In this document: piece by piece, positions 53,036 through 64,000 of the stretch
Position numbering within the stretch: position 1 is the first letter of the stretch
How the letters are laid out: each line of letters starts with the position of its first letter
DNA from: Octopus sinensis
Lineage: Eukaryota
Direction of reading: 5' to 3'
DNA: 64,000 bases
NCBI RefSeq assembly: GCF_006345805.1
Contig: NW_021831991.1
Span: 1 to 64,000, forward strand
Notes under the pieces: generated by a model
The model's input: the letters and a program-made list of their open reading frames with translations, nothing else
The model's database searches: none
Told to the model about the DNA's origin: nothing
Position numbers and translations under genes: made by a program

Positions 53036-53065
<30 letters not shown>

Positions 53066-53071
<6 letters not shown>

Positions 53072-53649
53072 GTTGTCTATTGACTATTTATACATGCTAG
53101 GCCACTGGTGGTGATATTTATAACGAATATTCGCCACGCTATAAATGTTTCTTATGAATATGTTCTTAGCATTCTCGAAGATTCAGCTCGGCATTGTATT
53201 TATTGCTGACTGTAAATGCGCCTGCGCGCGGTATTTTGAAAAATTATAACATATAATGATGGGGCACGTGTTATCTTGTCTCTGAATTATAAGTTAGTTG
53301 TTGAGGCCGGTTACTGACGAGAATTCGCCTGGTGGAGAATATTGTTCTGCTAAATTACCTATTAAAGAATGGCAAATAATAATATTATTTTCTAAAGAAT
53401 TTCGAAACCATGGTATAACCGTTAAATAACAAGGTAAATTTTTTTCTTTTTCATTTACTTCGAAAGTTGCTATTAAATTGTGATTTTGGCCGTGTTGGCT
53501 GCTATTTCTAGCATGTAAAAATTACTTGTTAAAGGGTAATTTTCTATTTTGAAATATGAATATGTTGTCTATTGACTATTTATACATGCTGGGCCACTGG
53601 TGGTGATATTTATAACGAATATTCGCCACCCTATAGATGTTTCTTATGA

Positions 53650-53684
<35 letters not shown>

Positions 53685-54542
53685 CGTGTGAGTGTGTATG
53701 TTTTACTTGTTTCGGTCATTAGGGTGCGCCCATGCTGAAGAACTTTTAGTCTTGAAGAACTTTTAGTCGAATGAATCGTCCCCAGTACTTATATTTTTCT
53801 AAGCCTGGTGTCTATACTATTGGTTGGTTGCCAAACCACTACGGTTCGCGTAAAAACAGTAAAATATAGAACAATGAGAACAAAACAGTAAAAACAAACG
53901 ATGAGAGCTGTTAAGTCAAGATGATGGAAAAATTATTCTGAACGCTGTTTACTGTTTTTACTGCTTTTACATTTTATTGTTTTTACTGTTTTGTTCTTAC
54001 TGCCCTGTTCTTGTTACCACTTTTTCCCTCCGCAAAAATATCCCAAATTTTATTTAATTTGCTTTGCGGGAAGGATTGTTTCAACGAAGTCGCGTCTTGT
54101 CCTTACATTCGGAAAGCGGAGAAGACGAAACAGGGACAATTGAAGAAGGGGCATATTCCTTGTGTTGTATGTCTTGTATTCTGTTTTTTCCGTTATTTGA
54201 AAAAAAGTTCGATTCTATGTTTTTGTTTTTATGTTTTCGTTTCTCATTGAGTTCAAAGTCCTATACCCATATATATACATATATATATAGGTATGTACAT
54301 ATATGTATGTATATATGCATATATGTATATATTACTTATATTATGATATGATGGAACGCCACGCATCCTTTTCCAAGTAAGTTTTATCTATCTATCTATC
54401 TATCTATCTATCTGTATATATATATTTATTTTTATATATATATATATATATATGTAGGTCCCGGGTTGATTCGGGGTTAACCACAGTAAATAAGGTACTC
54501 AATACTTGAATGAAACAGTTCTAGTCCTGTAGAAGCTCCTTC

Positions 54543-54580
<38 letters not shown>

Positions 54581-55167
54581 ATATACATATGTTGTCTATT
54601 GACTATTTATACATGCTAGGCCACTGGTGGTGATATTTATAACGAATATTCGCCACGCTATAATGTTTCTTATGAATATGTTCTTAGCATTCTCGAAGAT
54701 TCAGCTCGGCATTGTATTTATTGCTGACTGTAAATGCGCCTGCGCGCGGTATTTTGAAAAATTATAACATATAATGATGGGGCACGTGTTATCTTGTCTC
54801 TGAATTATAAGTTAGTTGTTGAGGCCGGTTACTGACGAGAATTCGCCTGGTGGAGAATATTGTTCTGCTAAATTACCTATTAAAGAATGGCAAATAATAA
54901 TATTATTTTCTAAAGAATTTCGAAACCATGGTATAACCGTTAAATAACAAGGTAAATTTTTTTCTTTTTCATTTACTTCGAAAGTTGCTATTAAATTGTG
55001 ATTTTGGCCGTGTTGGCTGCTATTTCTAGCATGTAAAAATTACTTGTTAAAGGGTAATTTTCTATTTTGAAATATGAATATGTTGTCTATTGACTATTTA
55101 TACATGCTGGGCCACTGGTGGTGATATTTATAACGAATATTCGCCACCCTATAGATGTTTCTTATGA

Positions 55168-55202
<35 letters not shown>

Positions 55203-56061
55203 CGTGTGAGTGTGTATGTTTTACTTGTTTCGGTCATTAGGGTGCGCCCATGCTGAAGAACTTTTAGTCTTGAAGAACTTTTAGTCGAATGAATCGTCCC
55301 CAGTACTTATATTTTTCTAAGCCTGGTGTCTATACTATTGGTTGGTTGCCAAACCACTACGGTTCGCGTAAAAACAGTAAAATATAGAACAATGAGAACA
55401 AAACAGTAAAAACAAACGATGAGAGCTGTTAAGTCAAGATGATGGAAAAATTATTCTGAACGCTGTTTACTGTTTTTACTGCTTTTACATTTTATTGTTT
55501 TTACTGTTTTGTTCTTACTGCCCTGTTCTTGTTACCACTTTTTCCCTCCGCAAAAATATCCCAAATTTTATTTAATTTGCTTTGCGGGAAGGATTGTTTC
55601 AACGAAGTCGCGTCTTGTCCTTACATTCGGAAAGCGGAGAAGACGAAACAGGGACAATTGAAGAAGGGGCATATTCCTTGTGTTGTATGTCTTGTATTCT
55701 GTTTTTTTCCGTTATTTGAAAAAAAGTTCGATTCTATGTTTTTGTTTTTATGTTTTCGTTTCTCATTGAGTTCAAAGTCCTATACCCATATATATACATA
55801 TATATATAGGTATGTACATATATGTATGTATATATGCATATATGTATATATTACTTATATTATGATATGATGGAACGCCACGCATCCTTTTCCAAGTAAG
55901 TTTTATCTATCTATCTATCTATCTATCTATCTGTATATATATATTTATTTTTATATATATATATATATATATGTAGGTCCCGGGTTGATTCGGGGTTAAC
56001 CACAGTAAATAAGGTACTCAATACTTGAATGAAACAGTTCTAGTCCTGTAGAAGCTCCTTC
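53066..56061 (+). repeat. Near-identical tandem duplication, unit about 1519 bp (about 53066-54543 and 54585-56061)
   Basis: Units differ only by a few homopolymer or microsatellite length changes by eye. Junctions lie in (TA)n. Confidence 0.92.
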
Positions 56062-56734
56062 TATATATATATATATATATATACAAACACAACGCACACC
56101 TACTTACACAAGCACACAAAAATATATACGCTCATACACATATAGATATTCTTCTATTATAAATAATCTGTCTCCTCTCCTAATGGCACTTGAATTCGAA
56201 CATCTAAAATACTAGAATGCAGGTGGCATTTATCAGATATTTCCTGCTCTATTTAGTGTCCTTTGCTCCTAAAGTCCAGGCGAAATTATTGACACAGAAG
56301 TATAACCAGTTGTGTTTCTACAGACAATGACGTTCATATTTTGTTTTTCCATTCAAACCATACTGTAAATTCGAAATATTTTCCTAGGATTGTATACTAT
56401 TTTATAATTATTGCGTTTGAAATAAATATTTACATATGAATGTGTGTTTATACGTACTTTTGTTTACTCGTATGTAAGAGTTACTAGATTAGAATTTTGA
56501 TCAAAATCACACCTTCCAGCATATTTTGGGACGGATAGAATGGATCTCATATTTTATGATCCTGAGTGATCTTCGTTGTGTAAACTAGTGTATATCTTTT
56601 CTTGCAGGGCAAGGCATTATGTTGAGGCTCTTTTAACAGATCCTTCTCAAAGGAAATAAAACTGGACAAGTTTTTGTCCAGTTCAAATAAAATGCACGCA
56701 ATTATGTTAGTATTCATAAATAAATTTGTCTTAC

Positions 56735-56988
56735 CTTTGTTATACCAATAAGGGCAATGTGTGTGCTGTACGAACTTGTTGCGTGTGAAGCACCCATAAG
56801 TCCAGCTAGTACACCCGCTAGACCTTCAGAAAACAGCCCACGGTTAATTGCATGTCTCGGAGGTGGGGGTACGGAGCATAGTATTGAGGCAGCGTAGTAA
56901 TCACCCATAGATTCAATAATTGAATTTATTGTCGACAGGAAAAATCCGAGAAAAATAGCTATTTGAAATTTAGGTGGTCCATACTGAC
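56735..56988 (-). CDS. SLC23: SLC23/NAT family transporter exon (254 bp) containing TM8 and the NAT signature
   Basis: ttttcag|gtcag...acaaag|gtaaga; (G)QYGPPKF...SIIESMGDYYAA...PPPPRHAINRGLFSEG...SSYSTHIALIGITK. Phase 1 to phase 0. Confidence 0.95.
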
Positions 56989-58688
56989 CTGAAAAGTAAG
57001 TTCAAAACAGAATAGAAGAAAATATTATCCCACTTAAGAAACCAATTTCTTACATAGACGTGAATGCTGTCATGAATGTTTTACGACAATAATTCTTGAA
57101 TGCTACTCTATGTCATCGACACCGCAAGGATGAAAAGCAAAATTGAGGCCAGTTAGAATTGAACTGAGTAAAGAGTTGTAATTTATGTAAATCAGAACAT
57201 TTTGTCCGACTCCCTAATATTTTACAATCTTCCCACCTCTCTTAACTTCATTTTAAGATCTCAGTCATAAAATTGGAACTTTATACATGACAATATGACT
57301 TGTTATGAATTAATTGCTAAGATCTAAATATAAACTTTATTAAACACTATTCTAGTACAGAATAATGTTGCAAGTGACTTGCCTCGAAAATATCGGTTGC
57401 CAGACATCCACGTTACCGTTTACACTATAATGCAGATATTGATAAGAGGTTTCAATCCAGTTTGTCTACGGATTCATGCACCTTTAAATTAATAGTGACT
57501 GTCCGTTATTGGTATATAGTTAGAATGACTTTTGGTATTTCTTCAGTTGTCTGCATCTAAGTTCAACAGCCACGGAGTCCAAATTTTCCTTGACTTCGCT
57601 CAGGGTTGGTAAAGGAGATATTAGTCTTCTTTCTTTCTTTCTTTCTTAATCAACTACACTGCGCCCTTAGAAGTGTTGTTGGACACCACTCAGTCTACAT
57701 TTCCTCAGATATGTAGGAGAATAGAGAGAGCGGCAGAAACCACTTTTCGCATAAAACCTAATATTCCACGACTATAGTTTATAGCAGAGGGACAGGCCGA
57801 TGTACAAGGTATAACGGTAATGTAAAGGCGCTCTGTAATTAAGATAGTATCGCGGCTTTCTAACAGGCGATAACTGCGTAATCCGAGTACCGCTTGTTAG
57901 CATGTGACACATTTGTGTCTTGAGTCGGCATTTATAATTTTTAATACGAGAAAGAGATGATTTTGTACTTTCTAATGGATTGGACATTTCTCAATATTAT
58001 AATTTAATTGCTAAGATCTAAATACAAGTAGTAGATAACATAAGATCTAAAAATAAATAGTAGGTAACATATGGCAAGCTGGCTTAACATATATGACGGC
58101 CTATTCTACATTCTGCGTGCTTATAGTTACTATTATGGTCATCTGATCGAAATTTGATCCTGATCAAACTATTTTTCTCTCTGGCTTTACATTATGATCA
58201 AAACTGCTTCATTAGTAATGTGTACCAAAGAAGAACAAAGAATAGTGACCTGGGAGATGGTAATGGTGAACCAGTTCACCATTATCATCTCTCGTGTCAG
58301 TTGAATCTTCTCGTCAGTGGTGGAGGTTGATTGGCGTCCTGCTGCCTATTCGTACCTCATGTTTGTCCATTTACTTATAAATCTTTCGATCTACTCATGC
58401 ACGCTTCAACATGGCAGTGTATTCTGCTAAAAGCCTCCGATGAATTTCAGAAAAAATTAATTGCTGCTCTTTTGTTGTCCTCTGGCGTACATTGCTAATG
58501 GAGCGGCCATGCTTATACTGTAAAGCCATATAGAAAAATGACGCGATCAGGCTCAAATTGTGATCACATGATCACGGTAGTAACAACTATAAGCACGCAT
58601 GCGTAGAAGGTAGTATGACAATAATAAAGATATGTTATAGCGAAAGTGCAAATAATTTTTGACTTCCCCACGTATATACATATATATA

Positions 58689-59958
58689 TTGGGTTTTCCG
58701 GAAAGTTCGTACCGATTTACAGTATCTTAAGTTTCGACATATTTTAGAACATGGTTGAGTCCATTAAATAGGATTTAACTACACCTCCATTTAGAGCACA
58801 GTTTAAGCTATCTTTTCATGGAAGAAGGTTTATGTTTCTATAACCTGTGTTAATTCTGTAACCCTTTAAAATGGAAGATGAGAAAGTTCATTTTCAGCAT
58901 TTGATGCTTTTCTTTTTCCGTAAAGGCAAAAATCCCTTACAAGTAACCAAAGAAATATGCGCAGTTTACGGTGTTATTTCTTTATCCGAAAGAACTGTAC
59001 GGAAGAGGTTCGCAAGATTCCGAGCTGGAGATTGCAGCATTATTGATAAAAACGATTAGGCTGACTATCCACTACAGATGATGACCAAATCAAGTCATTA
59101 ATTGAGAATAACCCGAGAATTGGCAGAAAGCCTAAACCTATCAAAATCCGTCGTTCATGAGCACCTGGTAAAGCTTGGGTACACAAATCGCTACGATGTT
59201 TGGGTACCACATCGGTTGAGTGAGAAGAACCTTTTGGATCGCATTTCCATCTGTGACTGACTTTATAAACGGAATGAAAACGCGCCTTTTTTTAAAAGCA
59301 AATTGTGACAGGTGATGAGAAAAGGATTTTCTACCAAAAGGTTCAGAGAAAGCAATCCTGGAGTAGCGACATGAGCCACCATTAGCCACCCCAAAAGCGG
59401 GTCTTCATTCTAAAAAAGTCTTGCTTTGTGTCTGGTGGGATTAGAAAGGAATTCTGTACTATGAGCGTCTCCCAAGTAACCAGACAATTAATTCTGAGAC
59501 ATACTGCTCACAACTGGACGAGTTAAAAACAGCAATTTAAGAGAAACGTCCAGAATTGGCCAACAGGAAGGGTGTTCTTTTCCAACATGATAAGGCAAGT
59601 CCGCACGTTTCTTTGGGAACCAGGCAAAAAATGCTGCAGCTCGGCTGGGATGTGTTACCCCACCTTCCATATTCACCAGATATTGCTCCTTCGGATTTCC
59701 ACGTTTTCAGGTATCTGCAGAATAGCCTTCATGATAAAAATTTCAATTCCTTGGATGACGTAAAAATATACCATGATGAATTCTTTGCCATGAAACCACC
59801 TCAGTTCTGAGAAGAAGGTATTTTCAAGTTATAGGAAAGCTGGATATGCATTGTGCAACACAATGGTTCATATTTGGTTGATTAAAAATATAATGGCAAG
59901 TATTTATTGATATTTTTCTTTCCTTTAAAAATCGGCACGAACTTTCCGAAAAACCCAA
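58689..59958 (+). mobile_element. Mariner DNA transposon, full length, inactive (mellifera-like)
   Basis: TA|ttgggttttccggaaagttcgtaccgattt ... aaatcggcacgaactttccgaaaaacccaa|TG gives a TIR of about 30 bp; the right TSD is mutated. Confidence 0.9.
58871..59880 (+). pseudogene. Mariner transposase pseudogene
   Basis: MEDEKVHFQHLMLFFFRKGKN...; IVTGDEK; VLFQHDKASPH; PYSPDIAPSDFHVF. Multiple stops and frameshifts. End approximate. Confidence 0.88.
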
Positions 59959-59960
59959 TG

Positions 59961-60013
<53 letters not shown>

Positions 60014-60104
60014 CATACACACATATACATATACATACGTACACACATACACCACATACACTCACACACGCACACAGATAGATGGACATTCACAATATGT
60101 TCAT

Positions 60105-60220
60105 GTTTCAGTCATTAAACTGTAGCCATGCTGGGGCACCAATTTCAAGAATTATAGTTCAAACGGATCTACCCAAGCACGTATATTATTTTCTAAGCCT
60201 GTTACTCTTTTGGTGAAAAA
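60105..60220 (-). mobile_element. Degenerate SINE family A tail
   Basis: gtttcagtcattaaactgtagccatgctggggcacc...ctaagcctg. Confidence 0.55.
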
Positions 60221-63200
60221 CTATGTTGCGAAATACTATGTTGCAACATCGATTCTCAAGCGCACAATATATATATACACACACACACATGCATGTATGT
60301 GTGAAGTGACGCTCATGACAGGTTTTCCTCATCGATCATCGTCTTCTAGGTACAATCCTTCGCTCATAGAGCGCCCGTGTTACTGGAATTATTGTAGCAG
60401 ATTTCACGTTGGCTTTTTGGTTCTGTCCATGACAAAATCACAGACTACAGCATGCACGTGATCAGAAATACACAAATTTCACTACTTGTGAAGAAAACAC
60501 AGTGATGTCACTCAGCAGATTGCTTCATGAAGTTCATTACTAGTTCTCACTGCGCACGCGATCGTGTGCTACGATCTCTTGGCATTCTACAAAACTAGTC
60601 CAGGAACCTTTTGATACCACCTCGTTATCTTCACATACTAATAGGGTCAGCCAAAAAGTATATAATCCAGTGACAGATAAGTTTATTTTAAAAAATCCAG
60701 AAGTTATATGCGTCTTAATCAGAGACTCTAGTATAATTTACCGCCCACGATTCGGCAGTCAATCAAGCTCAAATATCATGATGAAGAAATATGAGCATAA
60801 GTGAAAATAAGTCTCGAGGAAACAAAAAGAAAACTTTAAAACAAAAGAGTTATAATAGTCGCCGCTCATTAATTCACTAGAAGAATAGGTTGGTTATGTT
60901 AAGGTTGTACATCGAAAATAATTGTGTAGTGGAGTAGTCAAATGGAGGAAAGGCTAAAGTGCGTAGTATTGTGTATCTCTGCCACTGAAATGGAGGTGCA
61001 TGTACCCGTTCGATAACAGAATATGTCGAGGTGCTGACATCTTTAAATTTCTGATCTCGAGTTTAGAAGGTCGGTGCTGTTTTCGCTGTATTAAGTGTGT
61101 GCCTTTTGTCAGATATACAGTCTCCTTGCAATGCAATCTTCCACTTGTTCGTATGTGGTATATTGCTTTGTGTGCTTTCAGATATAGCTTGCTGCTTTGG
61201 TGCTTTTCTTCTTTTCGATTTGCCGGAAAAAAGACTGGTGGTCGGTGTATCTTTTTGTTTTCTTTTTTGAAGTGACTTTCGCAATCCATTGCAATTCTTT
61301 CTTTCGGTTCCCTTATTTGGTAGAACAGAGATAATCTTGGTTTCATAGAAAACTGAGATAATAAGGGATGTCTGGTGTAATGGGCAAGCATCTGTATTGC
61401 TGACGTTGCAGTGTATACCATGGCAAATGATATTCCTTTTTTTCTTTAATATATTAGGGCAGCAGCTGTTGAAATCATTTACGAAATGTCTATTGGAGAT
61501 ATTCTAATATCCATGGCTATAACGAAAATATTTATCTACTAAGGTCAGGAATTTCTTTACCTAAATATAATCCTTACATACAAGGAAAACGGTGGGGCGA
61601 ATCATATAATTTCACTAGGTCGATTTTTAGGTTTTGTTCTTAATTGAAGTCTAGGTATGTTACCTTAATTTTAAGGCCACTGTCGACAAGTCATTTATTA
61701 TAAAATCAAAATTTTTTCTTGAAGAGAGTTTACAGATTCAACTATTAATGTTAGCTATAATGTTGTAATGGACTACAGTGAATAGCATAATTCTTAGTAT
61801 ATATACCTAAGTTTTGAATCTTGTTTATGTTAGAGCCTGTAAGTGTTTAACTCTAGGTCCGGGAACGCATGTAAGAAGTGTACTTTAGTGAGGTTTGTAG
61901 CTACTGTGATTTTGAGACCTATATAGCTAAAGGCGGATATGAGGTTGTATATTCATGTATATATACGCATAATATGCATATGTACATCATACCTCTATGC
62001 ACTCGATGCAATGAAATTGGATAATGTGTATACTATCTACAAGTAAATTTACAGGATCTACATGATTCCATACAAAGTAGTGTATAGAAAGTCTAATGCA
62101 TACAACGTGTCGAATAGTGATTAACATATGGAAATTGAATTGCAACAGTCATTTGAAAAAAGTGCAATGCCTGCGGTAGGAAGTTATTGCAACCGACCTT
62201 GGTTTCATGCGGCATAGTTGTATCTGTGTATGTAGTACATCTACACAATGAGGAAAAGTATAGATACTGGTGTACAAATTTTACTAGCACTGGTGGAAAT
62301 TTTAGTAATCAAAAATTAGATGTTGTGAACTCTCTGTTTTTCTTCTATAACTGGGATCACAACAACTATAACTGGTGGTGTAATCGTTTATATAATTTCT
62401 GTTATATATGGCGCTATCTTGATTTTTGTAAAAGACGTATCTACATTTATAATTTCATAGGTTATCAGATGTCCTACTAAGCTAAACAGCGCTCCATCGC
62501 TGGTATTGTGATACTCCATAGCTGATCGGATGCCCATCTTTGTTACATTTTCTGTTGCATTTTCTGGTGTGCGACACCTTTGCTTTGTGTCTACTGTTCG
62601 AACTACTCAAATCTGAGCTACATGCCTGGTAACATTGTCTTCTCTGTGTAGGATCATATACACTAACCTCGATTAGGTCCGCCCATTTATATGTCATCGG
62701 TCAAAGTTATACATTGGTCTGGGACGTAATGAAGCAGACACGACAGGAGTTGAAATAGACTCCGTAGAGGATTGCTCTGAAATAATATGTTGGCGACATT
62801 TTCATGCAGTACTGGGTACTTTTAAAGGCGTATTTGTTGATTGGCCAGAAAAGGGATAACATAGACCGCTGATGAATCCAAGTCTTACCAAGAGAGATGC
62901 TATTGCTACTGAAGAAATTCTTACATCGATCTTTGAACCAGCAACTGATGGTTTAAGGAAGCAGTGGCAGCAGCTAAGCTGGAGAGAGGCTCAGTTTCCA
63001 AAAAATTATGCTTCAAATGTGTGGTTTATATCTTCTTCACTGTTGCAACGAATATCACATGGGATATTAGATCAGGCTTAATCACTATTTCGTTATTGCA
63101 AGATCTTATCTATATAACGATAGACAGGGATGCAGCTTATCAAGTATGTCGGATTGTTAGAGAGGTATTCATAGTTTTTTTTTCGCCTCTGCTGCATAAT

Positions 63201-63959
63201 TCTCTGCAACTAAGGAGCTTAAGTCTCAAGCGACCCATTTCGTGGCATTACTTGTTTATAAGTCTGAATAAATCCTCGTTTGTTGTTAATAGAAATTATG
63301 ACGCCTTACATTGTTCTTAATATATTGCTGTTTCTTTTCTCTAATTTAACGTTTTTGTCTTCATAAAGGCTTTGACGACAAACAGCTATTTTCTCTCTCA
63401 ACGTACGCTTAAATCAGATAGAAATTAAAGATAGGAGAAGTAAATTAAAAGAAAGGTCCATTAGAAATAGAGTCGACATCCATTTTGCTGCGAAATTACG
63501 ACCATTTTGCAAGTATAATGAATCAATTGCTCCGTGCATGGCAGTGGGAATTTTTCTATAAGTAATCTGAATAAGAAGAAAATCGCTTGGCTGTAAAAAG
63601 TTCATTCTTGTATATGGAATTGAAATCTACATTGAAAAATAATAAAACTTATTATCGCTACTGGATTTACATGTATTTATTGTTGCTAACATACTGCGTC
63701 TTCTATATACTTGGCTAGTTGAATATTTCATGTATTGCTGTTCGTAGACTTACCGCTATTAAAATACGAATCTTTTGGCAGATTTCTTTTCCAATATTTC
63801 ACCACTTCCGTTATCTGCTATCTCTATTTACAAGAATTTGCTTATATTGAATTCAAATATATGAAAATTAAATACGTTATATTTTATGTATTATATTTAT
63901 ACTATCCTATTTATAGAAACTCTTTTCTTCATGATCAGTATATAAATAAGTTAAAATAC

Positions 63960-64000
63960 CTGGGTAAGGAAAGGAAAACCAGGGTGCTCTGTGTATCAAA
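63960..64000 (-). CDS. SLC23: SLC23/NAT family transporter exon, partial (runs off the window end)
   Basis: Minus strand LIHRAPWFSFPYP(G)|gtattt, matching family APWFxxPYP. Phase 1 fits the next exon at 56988. Confidence 0.85.

Larger units (their letters stand above)
52350..53038. mobile_element. Penelope-type pseudo-LTR remnant: inverted 215-bp arms plus 113-bp direct repeats, flanked by (TA)n
   Basis: 52350-52564 is the reverse complement of 52768-52982 (5 mismatches). 52562-52674 approximately equals 52926-53038. Each arm carries a minimal hammerhead. Confidence 0.75.

Noticed and set aside
54085-54140. Type III hammerhead-like fold ending gacgaaacagggac
   Set aside because: The core reads cggagaa rather than CUGANGA or UUGANAA, and there is no stem II.
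60954-61421. 155-aa minus-strand ORF, vaguely like a piggyBac C-terminal region
   Set aside because: No cysteine-rich domain, catalytic motifs, TIRs or TTAA sites identified.
62100-63360. Non-repetitive intronic sequence with short ORFs, faintly hAT-like or membrane-protein-like
   Set aside because: No diagnostic motif in any frame, and multiple stops.

Overview
Eukaryotic, AT-rich, repeat-dense genomic DNA. The SINE families and microsatellite load look like an octopus or other cephalopod genome; this is inference. The only host gene I can support is the 3' part of an SLC23/NAT (nucleobase-ascorbate transporter) family gene on the minus strand. It has five coding exons with GT-AG, phase-consistent junctions: 64000-63960 (partial), 56988-56735, 50304-50034, 48624-48529 and 45002-44770. 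Its substrate-signature motif is atypical (T-H-I-A-L-I-G-I-T-K). The rest is mobile DNA and repeats: a cluster of decayed R4/Dong-type REL-endonuclease LINEs with a (TAA)n-tailed SINE-like element, three non-autonomous Helitrons (two joined head-to-tail), two decayed mariners, an RTE-type LINE with an inverted 5' part, a 3.4-kb Penelope-like element (RT + GIY-YIG) whose empty site survives in a local paralogous duplication, two tRNA-derived SINE families, several long inverted repeats and a near-identical 1.5-kb tandem duplication. The most notable signal is a set of Penelope-type minimal hammerhead ribozymes carrying the compensatory U3-A8 core variant. One sits at the 3' end of the Penelope element. 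An inverted pair of a different sequence family lies inside an SLC23 intron. Most short ORFs in the supplied track are microsatellite artefacts. All alignments, folds and identities were done by eye.
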